In this document: one piece after another, positions 44,612 through 52,217 of the stretch | Layout of the letters: the number at the start of each line of letters is the position of its first letter | Position numbering within the stretch: position 1 is the stretch's first letter | Virus record (IMG/VR): IMGVR_UViG_3300039098_000024 | Span: 1 to 59,501 of that record | Origin: a virus | DNA: 59,501 bases | Reading direction: 5' to 3' (one strand) | Made by a program: the position numbers and the translations under genes | The notes under the pieces: model-generated | What the model saw: only the letters and a program-made list of their open reading frames with translations | What the model was told of the DNA's origin: nothing | Databases searched by the model: none

Positions 44612-45080
44612 TACAGTCACCTCTTACTTCGTTATATTTAGCTAGTAAGTATTCTAGCTTAGGGTTAAGACTGACTTTAGCCATTGCCTTAAGCACCAAT
44701 ACTGGGTTCTGAGCAACAGCATCAATCATTTCGTTTTCAATCTTTTGCAATTTACGCTTTCTTTCTCTAGCAGCTTTCTCTATTCTAGCTTGTTCTTTCC
44801 TTTCAGCTTCAAGACGTTCTTGTTGCTCAGTGTACTCGTCCATATCAACCTTAGCAATAACTCTTCTGTGTGGAATGATGCCACAATGTTGTCTAGTCTC
44901 AGCCAGCGAATACACTTGGTATACTTTTGCTAACTCTGGACCATACTGTGTATCAGTAACTACTAAGTCACCTTTCTTTAAACCTTTAATGTCTGTGCTA
45001 AAGTAATAACCTCCGCTGCTAAAACCTTTTACGCATTTCTGTTTATACTTTACTACTACTATTCTATCTGCTCTTTTCAT
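44604..45080 (-). CDS. Paralogous domain plus charged coiled-coil tail (158 aa)
   Basis: N-terminal similarity to 44363-44611. The C-terminal half includes EQQERLEAERKEQARIEKAARERKRKLQKIE. Confidence 0.65.
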   Translation of the reverse strand: MKRADRIVVVKYKQKCVKGFSSGGYYFSTDIKGLKKGDLVVTDTQYGPELAKVYQVYSLAETRQHCGIIPHRRVIAKVDMDEYTEQQERLEAERKEQARIEKAARERKRKLQKIENEMIDAVAQNPVLVLKAMAKVSLNPKLEYLLAKYNEVRGDCND

Positions 45081-45096
45081 GTTCTTTACCTTCCTT

Positions 45097-45696
45097 TTAT
45101 TTTATTTGTTCTGCTTCGTCCCATCTTGATAATGTATTGTGTCTTTCTATACCTGCCCATAACTTAGCTAATATTGTATTAACCGCGTCTGGCATCTTAT
45201 CGCCCATTGTAGCTACGTCGTACTCAAAAGTTGAGAACATACTCATTACTTGACTGAACAAATATCGCAACTGTTTATGATGCTCGATCGCTATCGGGTT
45301 GTCATCACCTCGTGCTAACATTAGTTCTTCTGAGTTTGTGCTATTACAATAAACAATAACGATACGATTTACCCATCCAATCCAGTAAGTGAATAACTCA
45401 CCTAGATTTAACAAAGGGTCGTGCTCGTCAAACGTTCTGTAAATGATGTCACTAATAGGTCCTCTGTCACATACGTACACAGTACTATCGTCTTTTACCA
45501 TTTCATTCAACTGTTCGATAAGTTGTATTGGTGTTAGTCTACTTGGATGCTTTGGGTGTGTTGGTATCAGTGCTTCACCGTCCGCAACAACTTTAATGTT
45601 CTTTAAACCTTTTAGTTGCTCTAGTCTAGCTACCACTGCTTTTATTAATGTTGACTTTCCACTACCGTCAACTCCCTCTACCATTATTACACTCAT
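45097..45696 (-). CDS. Thymidylate kinase-family dNMP kinase (199 aa)
   Basis: P-loop VEGVDGSGKST and CDRGPISDIIY (DR...S..Y) motif. Confidence 0.7.
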   Translation of the reverse strand: MSVIMVEGVDGSGKSTLIKAVVARLEQLKGLKNIKVVADGEALIPTHPKHPSRLTPIQLIEQLNEMVKDDSTVYVCDRGPISDIIYRTFDEHDPLLNLGELFTYWIGWVNRIVIVYCNSTNSEELMLARGDDNPIAIEHHKQLRYLFSQVMSMFSTFEYDVATMGDKMPDAVNTILAKLWAGIERHNTLSRWDEAEQIK

Positions 45697-46442
45697 ATTA
45701 GTTTCTCCTTTTTATAGTTTACTTTCTTTCCATACAGGTTGCTTGCGCCTATCTGTATAATGTCACAACATTCGTAATACTCTGCAGTATTCCATTTAGG
45801 TTTATGTGGAGTTACAAATCTTATGTTTCTACCACCGCCATTATGTATAATACTTTTTAGGCATTTCTCACAAGGTTCTAAGTCCATCAACCAAGTCTCT
45901 CGTTCAACCTCTATAAGCTCTACAGACTTAACATACTCTACTAAAGTTTGTTCAGCATGAAACTTATCAGCATAGCCATCTAACAATTGATTACACGTAT
46001 ATGCTATAGGTGATAATGTCGTTGGTCTGAATGCATGATTTCCTCTACCTACTAATGCTGCCGTCTTAATGTCGTCTTGTGAGTACTTAGCAACCTTCTT
46101 AAGTATAGAATACGCTTTCTTTATACTAATATACTTAGGCTCTGGTAAACCAAACCCTATGTCCATTAGTGGTACAAATACTACTTTGAATTGGTTTCCG
46201 TTTGCTGCTTCAACTAAACTCTTACGAACTCGTTCAGGTAGCATACTACTTTGTAGCGTCAACACTATAACCATATGCTCCATGTTTTCGTAGTCGTCAA
46301 TCATATGTCCTACAACATTACTATTGTATTTGATAACCTTGTCTTCGTCTATAACTTCTAAACCTCTGCCTTTATTAAAGTGATTGTTACAATTATAGAT
46401 TGCCCACATTACTTGTTCTGCTTGCGTCCATCTTTTACTCAT
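45693..46442 (-). CDS. Cytidine/dCMP deaminase-fold protein with an unknown ~120-aa N-terminal domain (249 aa)
   Basis: Zinc motif H-A-E (KFHAEQT) followed about 25 aa later by P-C-x-x-C (EPCEKC). Confidence 0.65.
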   Translation of the reverse strand: MSKRWTQAEQVMWAIYNCNNHFNKGRGLEVIDEDKVIKYNSNVVGHMIDDYENMEHMVIVLTLQSSMLPERVRKSLVEAANGNQFKVVFVPLMDIGFGLPEPKYISIKKAYSILKKVAKYSQDDIKTAALVGRGNHAFRPTTLSPIAYTCNQLLDGYADKFHAEQTLVEYVKSVELIEVERETWLMDLEPCEKCLKSIIHNGGGRNIRFVTPHKPKWNTAEYYECCDIIQIGASNLYGKKVNYKKEKLI

Positions 46443-47259
46443 TCCCGTAGTCCCTCCTCTTGTGAGCTTTCTGCCATTTTAATAATTTACGATATATGGT
46501 CATTGATATGTAACCACGCGCATTTATTATCTGGTCTATTTCTCTAGGTGAGAATACATGTCTTAAGTCTTTAATAATATCAGCCTTCAATTCTTCAAAG
46601 TCTGACTCTTTATGATAAGGGTCAACCGTACCTACTAAATCGATTATCTTTAATTCGTCAGTACCGTCTTTATTTCCCCCAGTGTGTTGCTCAAACGATA
46701 CTACTGCTGGGTGATTTATAGTAAGTCTATTTGTCATAAATCTGTAGTCTAACTTAATGTCATTCTCTGCAGCTTTAGATACGTATGATAAGTTACCCAT
46801 ATATACATGACCTTTACTGTAGCACTTCATTATAGTATAATACACCGAGCTTCTGCAGTCCTCAAACGGTTTCTTATACTTGAGTGATAACTTGTGAGAT
46901 AGTTTCTTGATCCAGTTGTCTTTTGTGTCCATCCACTCTTTGACTGGTGGGTTCCTAAACATTTTACTATGCTCGTCTTCCGCTAAACTTTCTAACCATT
47001 GTAAAAATGTATTTTGTATAGTACACAAAGGAATTACCTTTCTTTTATTAGTTAAGTATTCCTCACTAATTGTGTATAGGTTTAACACACGTGTCCATGT
47101 ATCAAACTGACTCTTTATACTCTTGAATAGATACCCGATAACAACTTCGCCTTTCAGCTTCTTAGACAATGATATGTCTGTCCACGTCGTAGGGCTATTA
47201 GTAGTTGTTAGTATCTCTTGAACAATATGAAACTGCTCTGGCTTTCTACTATGTATCAT
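46435..47259 (-). CDS. Hypothetical protein (274 aa), possible transcription factor
   Basis: Long ORF with ATGAGTAA overlap. No confident motif. Confidence 0.65.
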   Translation of the reverse strand: MIHSRKPEQFHIVQEILTTTNSPTTWTDISLSKKLKGEVVIGYLFKSIKSQFDTWTRVLNLYTISEEYLTNKRKVIPLCTIQNTFLQWLESLAEDEHSKMFRNPPVKEWMDTKDNWIKKLSHKLSLKYKKPFEDCRSSVYYTIMKCYSKGHVYMGNLSYVSKAAENDIKLDYRFMTNRLTINHPAVVSFEQHTGGNKDGTDELKIIDLVGTVDPYHKESDFEELKADIIKDLRHVFSPREIDQIINARGYISMTIYRKLLKWQKAHKRRDYGNE

Positions 47260-47287
47260 AGTCTCTCCTATTACAGCTAGTCGCCGT

Positions 47288-47533
47288 TTATAATTTGCTT
47301 TGCTTGTTGTGTTCTGTTATGTATGTCTCGTCGTCTATCAGCTTCTTTAAGTGAGGTAACTGATTGTCTAACTTGCCTTCTACAAACAATGTAATCAATG
47401 CTCGTAGTAATGCAGATTGTTGACCTCTCTTATCTACTTCTAATAGTTTAAGGTGCATCTGTGCTTTTAATAGCTTTGGAAAATAGAAGTTCCACTTTTC
47501 TTTAGCACTTGCAGCCGTTACCTTTCTTGGCAT
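47288..47533 (-). CDS. Ribbon-helix-helix (Arc/CopG-like) DNA-binding protein (81 aa)
   Basis: KWNFYFPKLLKAQMHLKLLEV..RGQQSALLRALITLF fits a beta-strand/helix/turn/helix pattern. Confidence 0.5.
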   Translation of the reverse strand: MPRKVTAASAKEKWNFYFPKLLKAQMHLKLLEVDKRGQQSALLRALITLFVEGKLDNQLPHLKKLIDDETYITEHNKQSKL

Positions 47534-47628
47534 ATTACTCCTCCTAATTGTAGCTATATGTCCTATTTTAATAGAGCAAAAAAATAGCCGTAAAGACTAT
47601 TTTTTTTATTCTATTATTTGCTAGTTTA

Positions 47629-48345
47629 CTATTCTGCGTCTTGTGCCATAAAAGCTGCTAGTAAATCTTGAGCGTGACTAATTTTCTTAGCTGTACGCTT
47701 AAGTGTTCTTGCTTCTTTTTGTTCGTCAGTTAATTTCGCACGAACTGCTTTCGGAGCATTAGCTTTAGCTTCTACAGATATAGCTAATAGTTCGTTGTAT
47801 CTGTCGTACTGAGTTTCGTCAAATACTTCTAACCAGTTACTAGGACCAGTAGCCATAGTAATCGATCTGCCTTCTTGAAGAGCAGTGATGTATTCTTGAA
47901 GTTGTTCTGGGTTCATGTCTTCAGGTTTAATTTTCTTGCTTCCTGCTTTTAGTTCTTTGTAAGTAGCTACTGCTGTTTCTACTAACTCAGTGTACTCAGC
48001 TGCTTCTGCTTCGTTAAGATATTTAACGATGCCAGCTTTAACACCACTAGCTCCTAAAATTCTAGGTGCACTTGTTTTAACTTCTACTTCTACAAAACCT
48101 TCTTCATTTACTGAAGTGTTGAATAGTTGTTCACTGAAGTATTTTCTGTTACAGATGTTACCTTTTGGTAGAATGATCCAAGGTTTGCCATCAGGGTTAG
48201 CTTCATTAGCTTTAGACTTTTCAATCCAAACATGTAGAAGTTCTGCCTCAGCGCCTTCTTCAGCTACGAATAGGTATTTGCCAAGTTCTTTTACGTTTTC
48301 TTCCGTTGCAGTGTATTCTGCGTTTACATAAATTCTTGCGTTCAT
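47629..48345 (-). CDS. Hypothetical acidic protein (238 aa), co-oriented with and directly downstream of the RNA island
   Basis: SD GGAGG, intact ORF, followed by an A-run/hairpin/T-run at about 47575-47610. Confidence 0.7.
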   Translation of the reverse strand: MNARIYVNAEYTATEENVKELGKYLFVAEEGAEAELLHVWIEKSKANEANPDGKPWIILPKGNICNRKYFSEQLFNTSVNEEGFVEVEVKTSAPRILGASGVKAGIVKYLNEAEAAEYTELVETAVATYKELKAGSKKIKPEDMNPEQLQEYITALQEGRSITMATGPSNWLEVFDETQYDRYNELLAISVEAKANAPKAVRAKLTDEQKEARTLKRTAKKISHAQDLLAAFMAQDAE

Positions 48346-48433
48346 TTTAGTACCTCCATGTACTGTTGCCCTTTCAGGTATCTACAGGGTAATTTACCTT
48401 ATTGTAACCAACGTCTAGCGGACGAGTTGGTAT

Positions 48434-48528
48434 TGGCGGGTAAGGCAGGGTTCGAACCTACGACCTCTTACTTGACGGAGTGTATACCGTTCTTACCGTA
48501 AGTGCTCTTCCAACTGAGCTACTTCCCC
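48434..48528 (-). tRNA. tRNA-like gene (95 nt, encoded CCA) with 26 nt between the anticodon-stem strands
   Basis: Acceptor GGGGAAG/CTTACCC (one G-A mismatch). D-arm GCTC-AGTTGGAA-GAGC. Stem CTTAC...GTAAG encloses GGTAAGAACGGTATACACTCCGTCAA. Variable loop AGGTC. T-arm GTAGG-TTCGAAC-CCTGC. Confidence 0.55.
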
Positions 48529-48861
48529 ACGATTGTCCGCTGTGCTCATAGGTATAAACAACAGACAAAATGCCTTTCAAGTTTATTGCTAGAAACTTGA
48601 ACGCGACTAATCTACACTAGCATGCGGTGGTTGACAGTACATAATATACATGTCTTACAAGCGGGCACGTTACCCTAACCACTTTCTTAACCCGTAAAGC
48701 AGATCGAGCTATAAGCCTCTCTTCTACTATTTGGCTGCGACTTTCCTAACTAAATAGGGGCGCTTTGCATTTAAACTATCACATACCTATACCGAGATAG
48801 TACCCTCTTTACGGTCAACCTTTACTCATAAAAGTTGCCTACACTCTATTGCTAGAGCGAT
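48529..48861 (-). ncRNA. Candidate structured non-coding RNA of unknown class (333 nt) between the tmRNA and the tRNA-like gene
   Basis: No ORF of 60 aa or more on either strand. A 7-bp helix capped by a GCAA tetraloop (48842-48859). A 9-bp hairpin TTCAAGTTT/AAACTTGAA (48576-48601). Short RNase P-like strings. Confidence 0.4.
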
Positions 48862-49176
48862 TGGTGGACCTGACGGGGATTGAACCCGTGTCCAGCCACG
48901 ACCTATTAACTAATCTTTATTACACTCATTTTGCGTTTCTAACTTCCACCAGATAGTTTACTTGAACCATCAAAGCCAGTAGTTTATGCATACTACCAAA
49001 CGTTCTTCGTCTCTTACGCGAATGCTCTTACTGAAGGGGTAAAAGCGTCACGGACTGCTCCAAGCAGACTGTTGATTATGTTTTTTGCATTTATTTGTTG
49101 TGATACTTTTAGAGCAATGTATCATTGCTGAGTGAATTAGTTAACGGTTTGCAACTGTCGAAACCAATGCAAGCCC
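48862..49176 (-). ncRNA. ssrA: tmRNA (transfer-messenger RNA), 315 nt
   Basis: 5' GGGCUUGCAUUGGUUUCGACAG and 3' GGACACGGGUUCAAUCCCCGUCAGGUCCACCA match the conserved tmRNA ends. Acceptor stem has G3:U70. Internal tag frame GCA...UAA at 49088-49014. Confidence 0.85.
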
Positions 49177-49305
49177 ATATTGGAAGAAACTCAAACTTAT
49201 ATTTTTTCATAAGTATATTATTTCTTCCGATATTATATTATATACGGAAACGGTCGGAATATTTCACTATTTTTATACCTTTTTTAACTTAACGTTTATT
49301 TGAGA

Positions 49306-50256
49306 TTACTTAGGCCAAATAACATTACCGTCTATGTCAAAACTAGGTAGACCGTACTCACCAGCCAAGAACTTGTCATAAGATAGTACCTGCCTGCCAG
49401 CAATTCTGTTGTTGTGTCCTAACAATGTATTTACATAAGCCCATGCCCACTCATTATACGTCCATAGACCTTCAAAGAAGTCGTCGTACGATATAAAGTA
49501 GAAGTCGCATATACGGTTAGCCCAGTGCTGTGCATCCTTGCTGTTGTCTACAGTGTTATACTCTTTCATAAACCAGTCCCATCTTAGTTTCTCAGGGTGG
49601 TGTGGACGTTTCATAGCTACTGTGTACTGGCGAGCATCTCGTTGTTGTGCTATACCAGTTCGCTTGTCCACTTGCTCTCTTGCTCTAACTGTAATAGTCT
49701 TAGCAAAGTGAGTCGTACGTGGGTTGAATATCATGTTGACGTCACGTATCAGTGTATCGCCATGACCATCACTACTAGCATGAGTTCTAATAAAGGCTTG
49801 GAATTGTCTTCTAGCATACCCAGCTGTGTCTTTATTATAGTGTACACGCTTAGTACCCTTATCAGACCTAGTCTTAGTCACTACATGTGACTTACCTTTA
49901 TCAGTACGCATCTTACGACCGCTAGGATGTACACCTAATGACTTTAACTGGTTTAATAATACATCCACTGACTCTTGGTCATTCTTAGCTATCTTTCCTA
50001 CTATCGCTACTCGTCTCAATAGTTGTTGACCACCAACAATAGATTTAAATCGTTCGGGGTCAGCCAATCCTATTTCAGACATGGTCTTAGGGTATAGTGA
50101 GTCAGTACCTTCAGCGTCTTTAAAGTCACAATAGATTACTTCACTGTCTGGTTCTCTATCACTAGGCGGGTCTACATTCTCACAATGTTGTACCATCGTG
50201 TACCCATCACCTACAATGTCTCCACCACATTTAGGACATGTTCCATATTCGTCCAT
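49306..50256 (-). CDS. Zinc-ribbon plus basic-domain protein (316 aa)
   Basis: CPKC N-terminus; duplicated R(T/S)DKG(K/T) basic motifs; SD GGAGGTG. Confidence 0.7.
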   Translation of the reverse strand: MDEYGTCPKCGGDIVGDGYTMVQHCENVDPPSDREPDSEVIYCDFKDAEGTDSLYPKTMSEIGLADPERFKSIVGGQQLLRRVAIVGKIAKNDQESVDVLLNQLKSLGVHPSGRKMRTDKGKSHVVTKTRSDKGTKRVHYNKDTAGYARRQFQAFIRTHASSDGHGDTLIRDVNMIFNPRTTHFAKTITVRAREQVDKRTGIAQQRDARQYTVAMKRPHHPEKLRWDWFMKEYNTVDNSKDAQHWANRICDFYFISYDDFFEGLWTYNEWAWAYVNTLLGHNNRIAGRQVLSYDKFLAGEYGLPSFDIDGNVIWPK

Positions 50257-50263
50257 TACTTCT

Positions 50264-50494
50264 TCACCTCCAATTTATATAGTCTTTACGTGCTTGGTCA
50301 TACTCTTCTTTATGAACTTCACTATATTCTTTAGCATCATACTTAGCTATTTCGCACTCTCGTGTAGTAAGTTCATAGCCGTTACAAGCTGAACCACAAT
50401 GGTCACAAAACTTAGTACTATTATACTGACTAGCATAATGGGTACTGTCTACTGTTTTACAAGTTGGACATACATATGTTAAGTTATCTAACAT
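50264..50494 (-). CDS. Zinc-ribbon protein (76 aa)
   Basis: CPTC...CDHC; SD GGAGGTG. Confidence 0.65.
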   Translation of the reverse strand: MLDNLTYVCPTCKTVDSTHYASQYNSTKFCDHCGSACNGYELTTRECEIAKYDAKEYSEVHKEEYDQARKDYINWR

Positions 50495-50913
50495 TACTTC
50501 TTCACCTCCAATCTTTCTTTGAATGCTTTAACTCGCTTGTTCACTATAGGCGACAGGTCTCTTACATTGTCGTATACCCTGTTCTTGTATGGCTCACCCG
50601 TGTACTCATTTACTATGGTCTGTAAGCTAGTGTCGATAAACCCTGGGTTTAAGAACTTGTGTCTTACTGAGTTAAACTCCTTGTATGCCCACCACTCCTG
50701 TTGTAGACCCTTACGTTTCTTTCTAAGTCTGACTAATTCTTTTACTACCTTCCAGTCTCTAGTAGGGTGTAAGTGTTCAGCCTCTTCTAGGAAGTGTAGT
50801 ATATCACTTAGTGCTAAGTCAGTCTGTGATTGTTCCTGTGCTACTTCTTCTTGTCTAGCATCAATACGCTTCAATGTAGTACCTGCGCTAGTAATTAATT
50901 CCATCATGTCCAT
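50494..50913 (-). CDS. Hypothetical protein (139 aa)
   Basis: ATG at 50913 overlaps the upstream stop (TAATG), about 10 nt after GGAGG. Confidence 0.6.
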   Translation of the reverse strand: MDMMELITSAGTTLKRIDARQEEVAQEQSQTDLALSDILHFLEEAEHLHPTRDWKVVKELVRLRKKRKGLQQEWWAYKEFNSVRHKFLNPGFIDTSLQTIVNEYTGEPYKNRVYDNVRDLSPIVNKRVKAFKERLEVKK

Positions 50914-51170
50914 TACTCCCATACCTCCTTAGTTACTCTCTTAGCAAATACATTTAGTTCGTGAGTGTTCATAGCAATACCATCGTCGTTAGTAAACTGG
51001 TAACCTTTACCCCATGCTGTTGAGAAGAATACTCGATTTACTTTATACTTCTTACCTTTAGTAACACTTAAGTACTCTTCAGGTTCAGACATTATTATGT
51101 GCAACCTCTTGCCTTCTTTTATAATTGGTGGGTCTAGTCTAACTGCGTCAAACGCATCCATGTCCATCAT
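50913..51170 (-). CDS. Hypothetical protein (85 aa)
   Basis: ORF with ATGA-type coupling. Confidence 0.6.
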   Translation of the reverse strand: MMDMDAFDAVRLDPPIIKEGKRLHIIMSEPEEYLSVTKGKKYKVNRVFFSTAWGKGYQFTNDDGIAMNTHELNVFAKRVTKEVWE

Positions 51171-51370
51171 TACTTCACCTCCCTGTAATCTACTATGAAT
51201 GTATGTACATTAAACTCTACATTAAACCATTCATTAGTATAATCCTTAGGTGTGTTTTGTTTGGCTAATTCTTTTGTTGAGAATACACCATGCACATTGG
51301 TTTGTGTGCCTCTAACATAATCATGACTGTGCTTGTTACACATTACGACGTATACTCTGTTCTCTTCCAT
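51170..51370 (-). CDS. Hypothetical protein (66 aa)
   Basis: ATG at 51370 after GGGAGG, overlapping the upstream stop (TAATG). Confidence 0.55.
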   Translation of the reverse strand: MEENRVYVVMCNKHSHDYVRGTQTNVHGVFSTKELAKQNTPKDYTNEWFNVEFNVHTFIVDYREVK

Positions 51371-51498
51371 TACTGATGTACCTCCCATCTATGATTACAC
51401 TTATAACAATGATACCATACGCGGTACCCAGACTTAACTGGTACACGTTGGTTACAGTTCGGACAATTAATTCCTGCCCATGTTGTTTTCTTAGCCAT
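51370..51498 (-). CDS. Mini zinc-ribbon protein (42 aa)
   Basis: SD GGAGGAG then ATG. CPNC...CYKC. Below the ORF-track cutoff. Confidence 0.5.
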   Translation of the reverse strand: MAKKTTWAGINCPNCNQRVPVKSGYRVWYHCYKCNHRWEVHQ

Positions 51499-51501
51499 TA
51501 C

Positions 51502-51732
51502 TTACTCCTCCTTCTTCAATATAAGCTTACCTAATAGCCAACCTATACCAAAGACTGCGAATACCATTATTAACCATGGTAGGTATAATAGCACTGCTAT
51601 TATTGTGCCAACTACATTTAGTCTACCTAAGAAATGGTTAAGAGTGTACTCGTCAATAGTTATCATAGTGAATACAGTAACTACTGCTAATAGTACATTG
51701 TACATTAAGTACCCGAATAGTAAATCGTTCAT
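51502..51732 (-). CDS. Small two-pass membrane protein (76 aa)
   Basis: Two long hydrophobic segments. Confidence 0.6.
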   Translation of the reverse strand: MNDLLFGYLMYNVLLAVVTVFTMITIDEYTLNHFLGRLNVVGTIIAVLLYLPWLIMVFAVFGIGWLLGKLILKKEE

Positions 51733-51733
51733 A

Positions 51734-51961
51734 CTACACCTTCTTTGCGTTTTGTTCTTTACGCATCTTACTAGCTAGTCTAAGCTTGGCCATTCTTTTT
51801 CTAAACCCACGCTCTTGTCTTGCTTGCTTAGCATTAGCTTTGTCTCTTGCTTTAGCTTTGCTGAACTCGCCTACACTTGTAAACTTTGCCTTCTCTATGT
51901 TCCTTCTAATTTTTCTTGTACTCACTGTTAGGTTTGGTACTACTTTCTTTTTCACTTCCAT
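51734..51961 (-). CDS. Highly basic small protein (75 aa)
   Basis: ATG at 51961 after AAGGATGGTGAG. Lys/Arg-rich. Confidence 0.55.
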   Translation of the reverse strand: MEVKKKVVPNLTVSTRKIRRNIEKAKFTSVGEFSKAKARDKANAKQARQERGFRKRMAKLRLASKMRKEQNAKKV

Positions 51962-51962
51962 G

Positions 51963-52217
51963 TTACTCACCATCCTTACTTATTTCTTTCACTTCATAAC
52001 CTAAGTCTTCTAATGCATTATATATTTGATTGTATGTCACACCTTTAATATGTGCCATAGCATCAATAGCACTACCTACTTTGTCATGAATGTCGTCAGG
52101 TTCTACTTCACTTCTAGTAGCTATCAACACAGTACATATATCTCTGTCGCCAGTTTTGTAATACTTATGATTAAGTCGTATTACCTCGTCAACTTTCTGT
52201 TTGTCTAATATTTTCAT
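51963..52217 (-). CDS. Hypothetical protein (84 aa)
   Basis: ATG at 52217, 8 nt after GGAGG. Confidence 0.55.
   Translation of the reverse strand: MKILDKQKVDEVIRLNHKYYKTGDRDICTVLIATRSEVEPDDIHDKVGSAIDAMAHIKGVTYNQIYNALEDLGYEVKEISKDGE

Noticed and set aside
47575-47610. Strong terminator after the 238-aa gene
   Set aside because: It is not listed as a feature. The A7/T8 runs are clear, but the stem between them (AATAG...CTATT) is only about 5 bp, so the call is weak.
38047-48528. Stop-codon reassignment or a suppressor-tRNA system, suggested by the odd anticodon loops
   Set aside because: TGA (terL, portal), TAA (capsid and many others) and TAG (the 2736-aa gene and the terS candidate) all end well-supported genes at positions coupled to the next start. 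No long ORF is interrupted under the standard code.
48730-48750. SRP RNA domain IV (a GCAGCCAA match to 4.5S RNA) or a bona fide RNase P RNA in the 333-nt spacer
   Set aside because: The GNRA-capped helix 8 geometry of SRP RNA cannot be drawn around the match. The RNase P-like strings are in non-canonical order and lack the long-range P4 pairing. They are kept only as a weak clue in the ncRNA finding.
49306-50256. Transposase or integrase, suggested by duplicated R(S/T)DKG(K/T) motifs reminiscent of the N-terminal DNA-binding regions of Mu/Tn7-type transposases
   Set aside because: No DDE/RNase H-like catalytic domain or Tyr/Ser recombinase motifs follow. No terminal inverted repeats or att-like duplications were seen. 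I treat it as a DNA-binding protein of unknown function.
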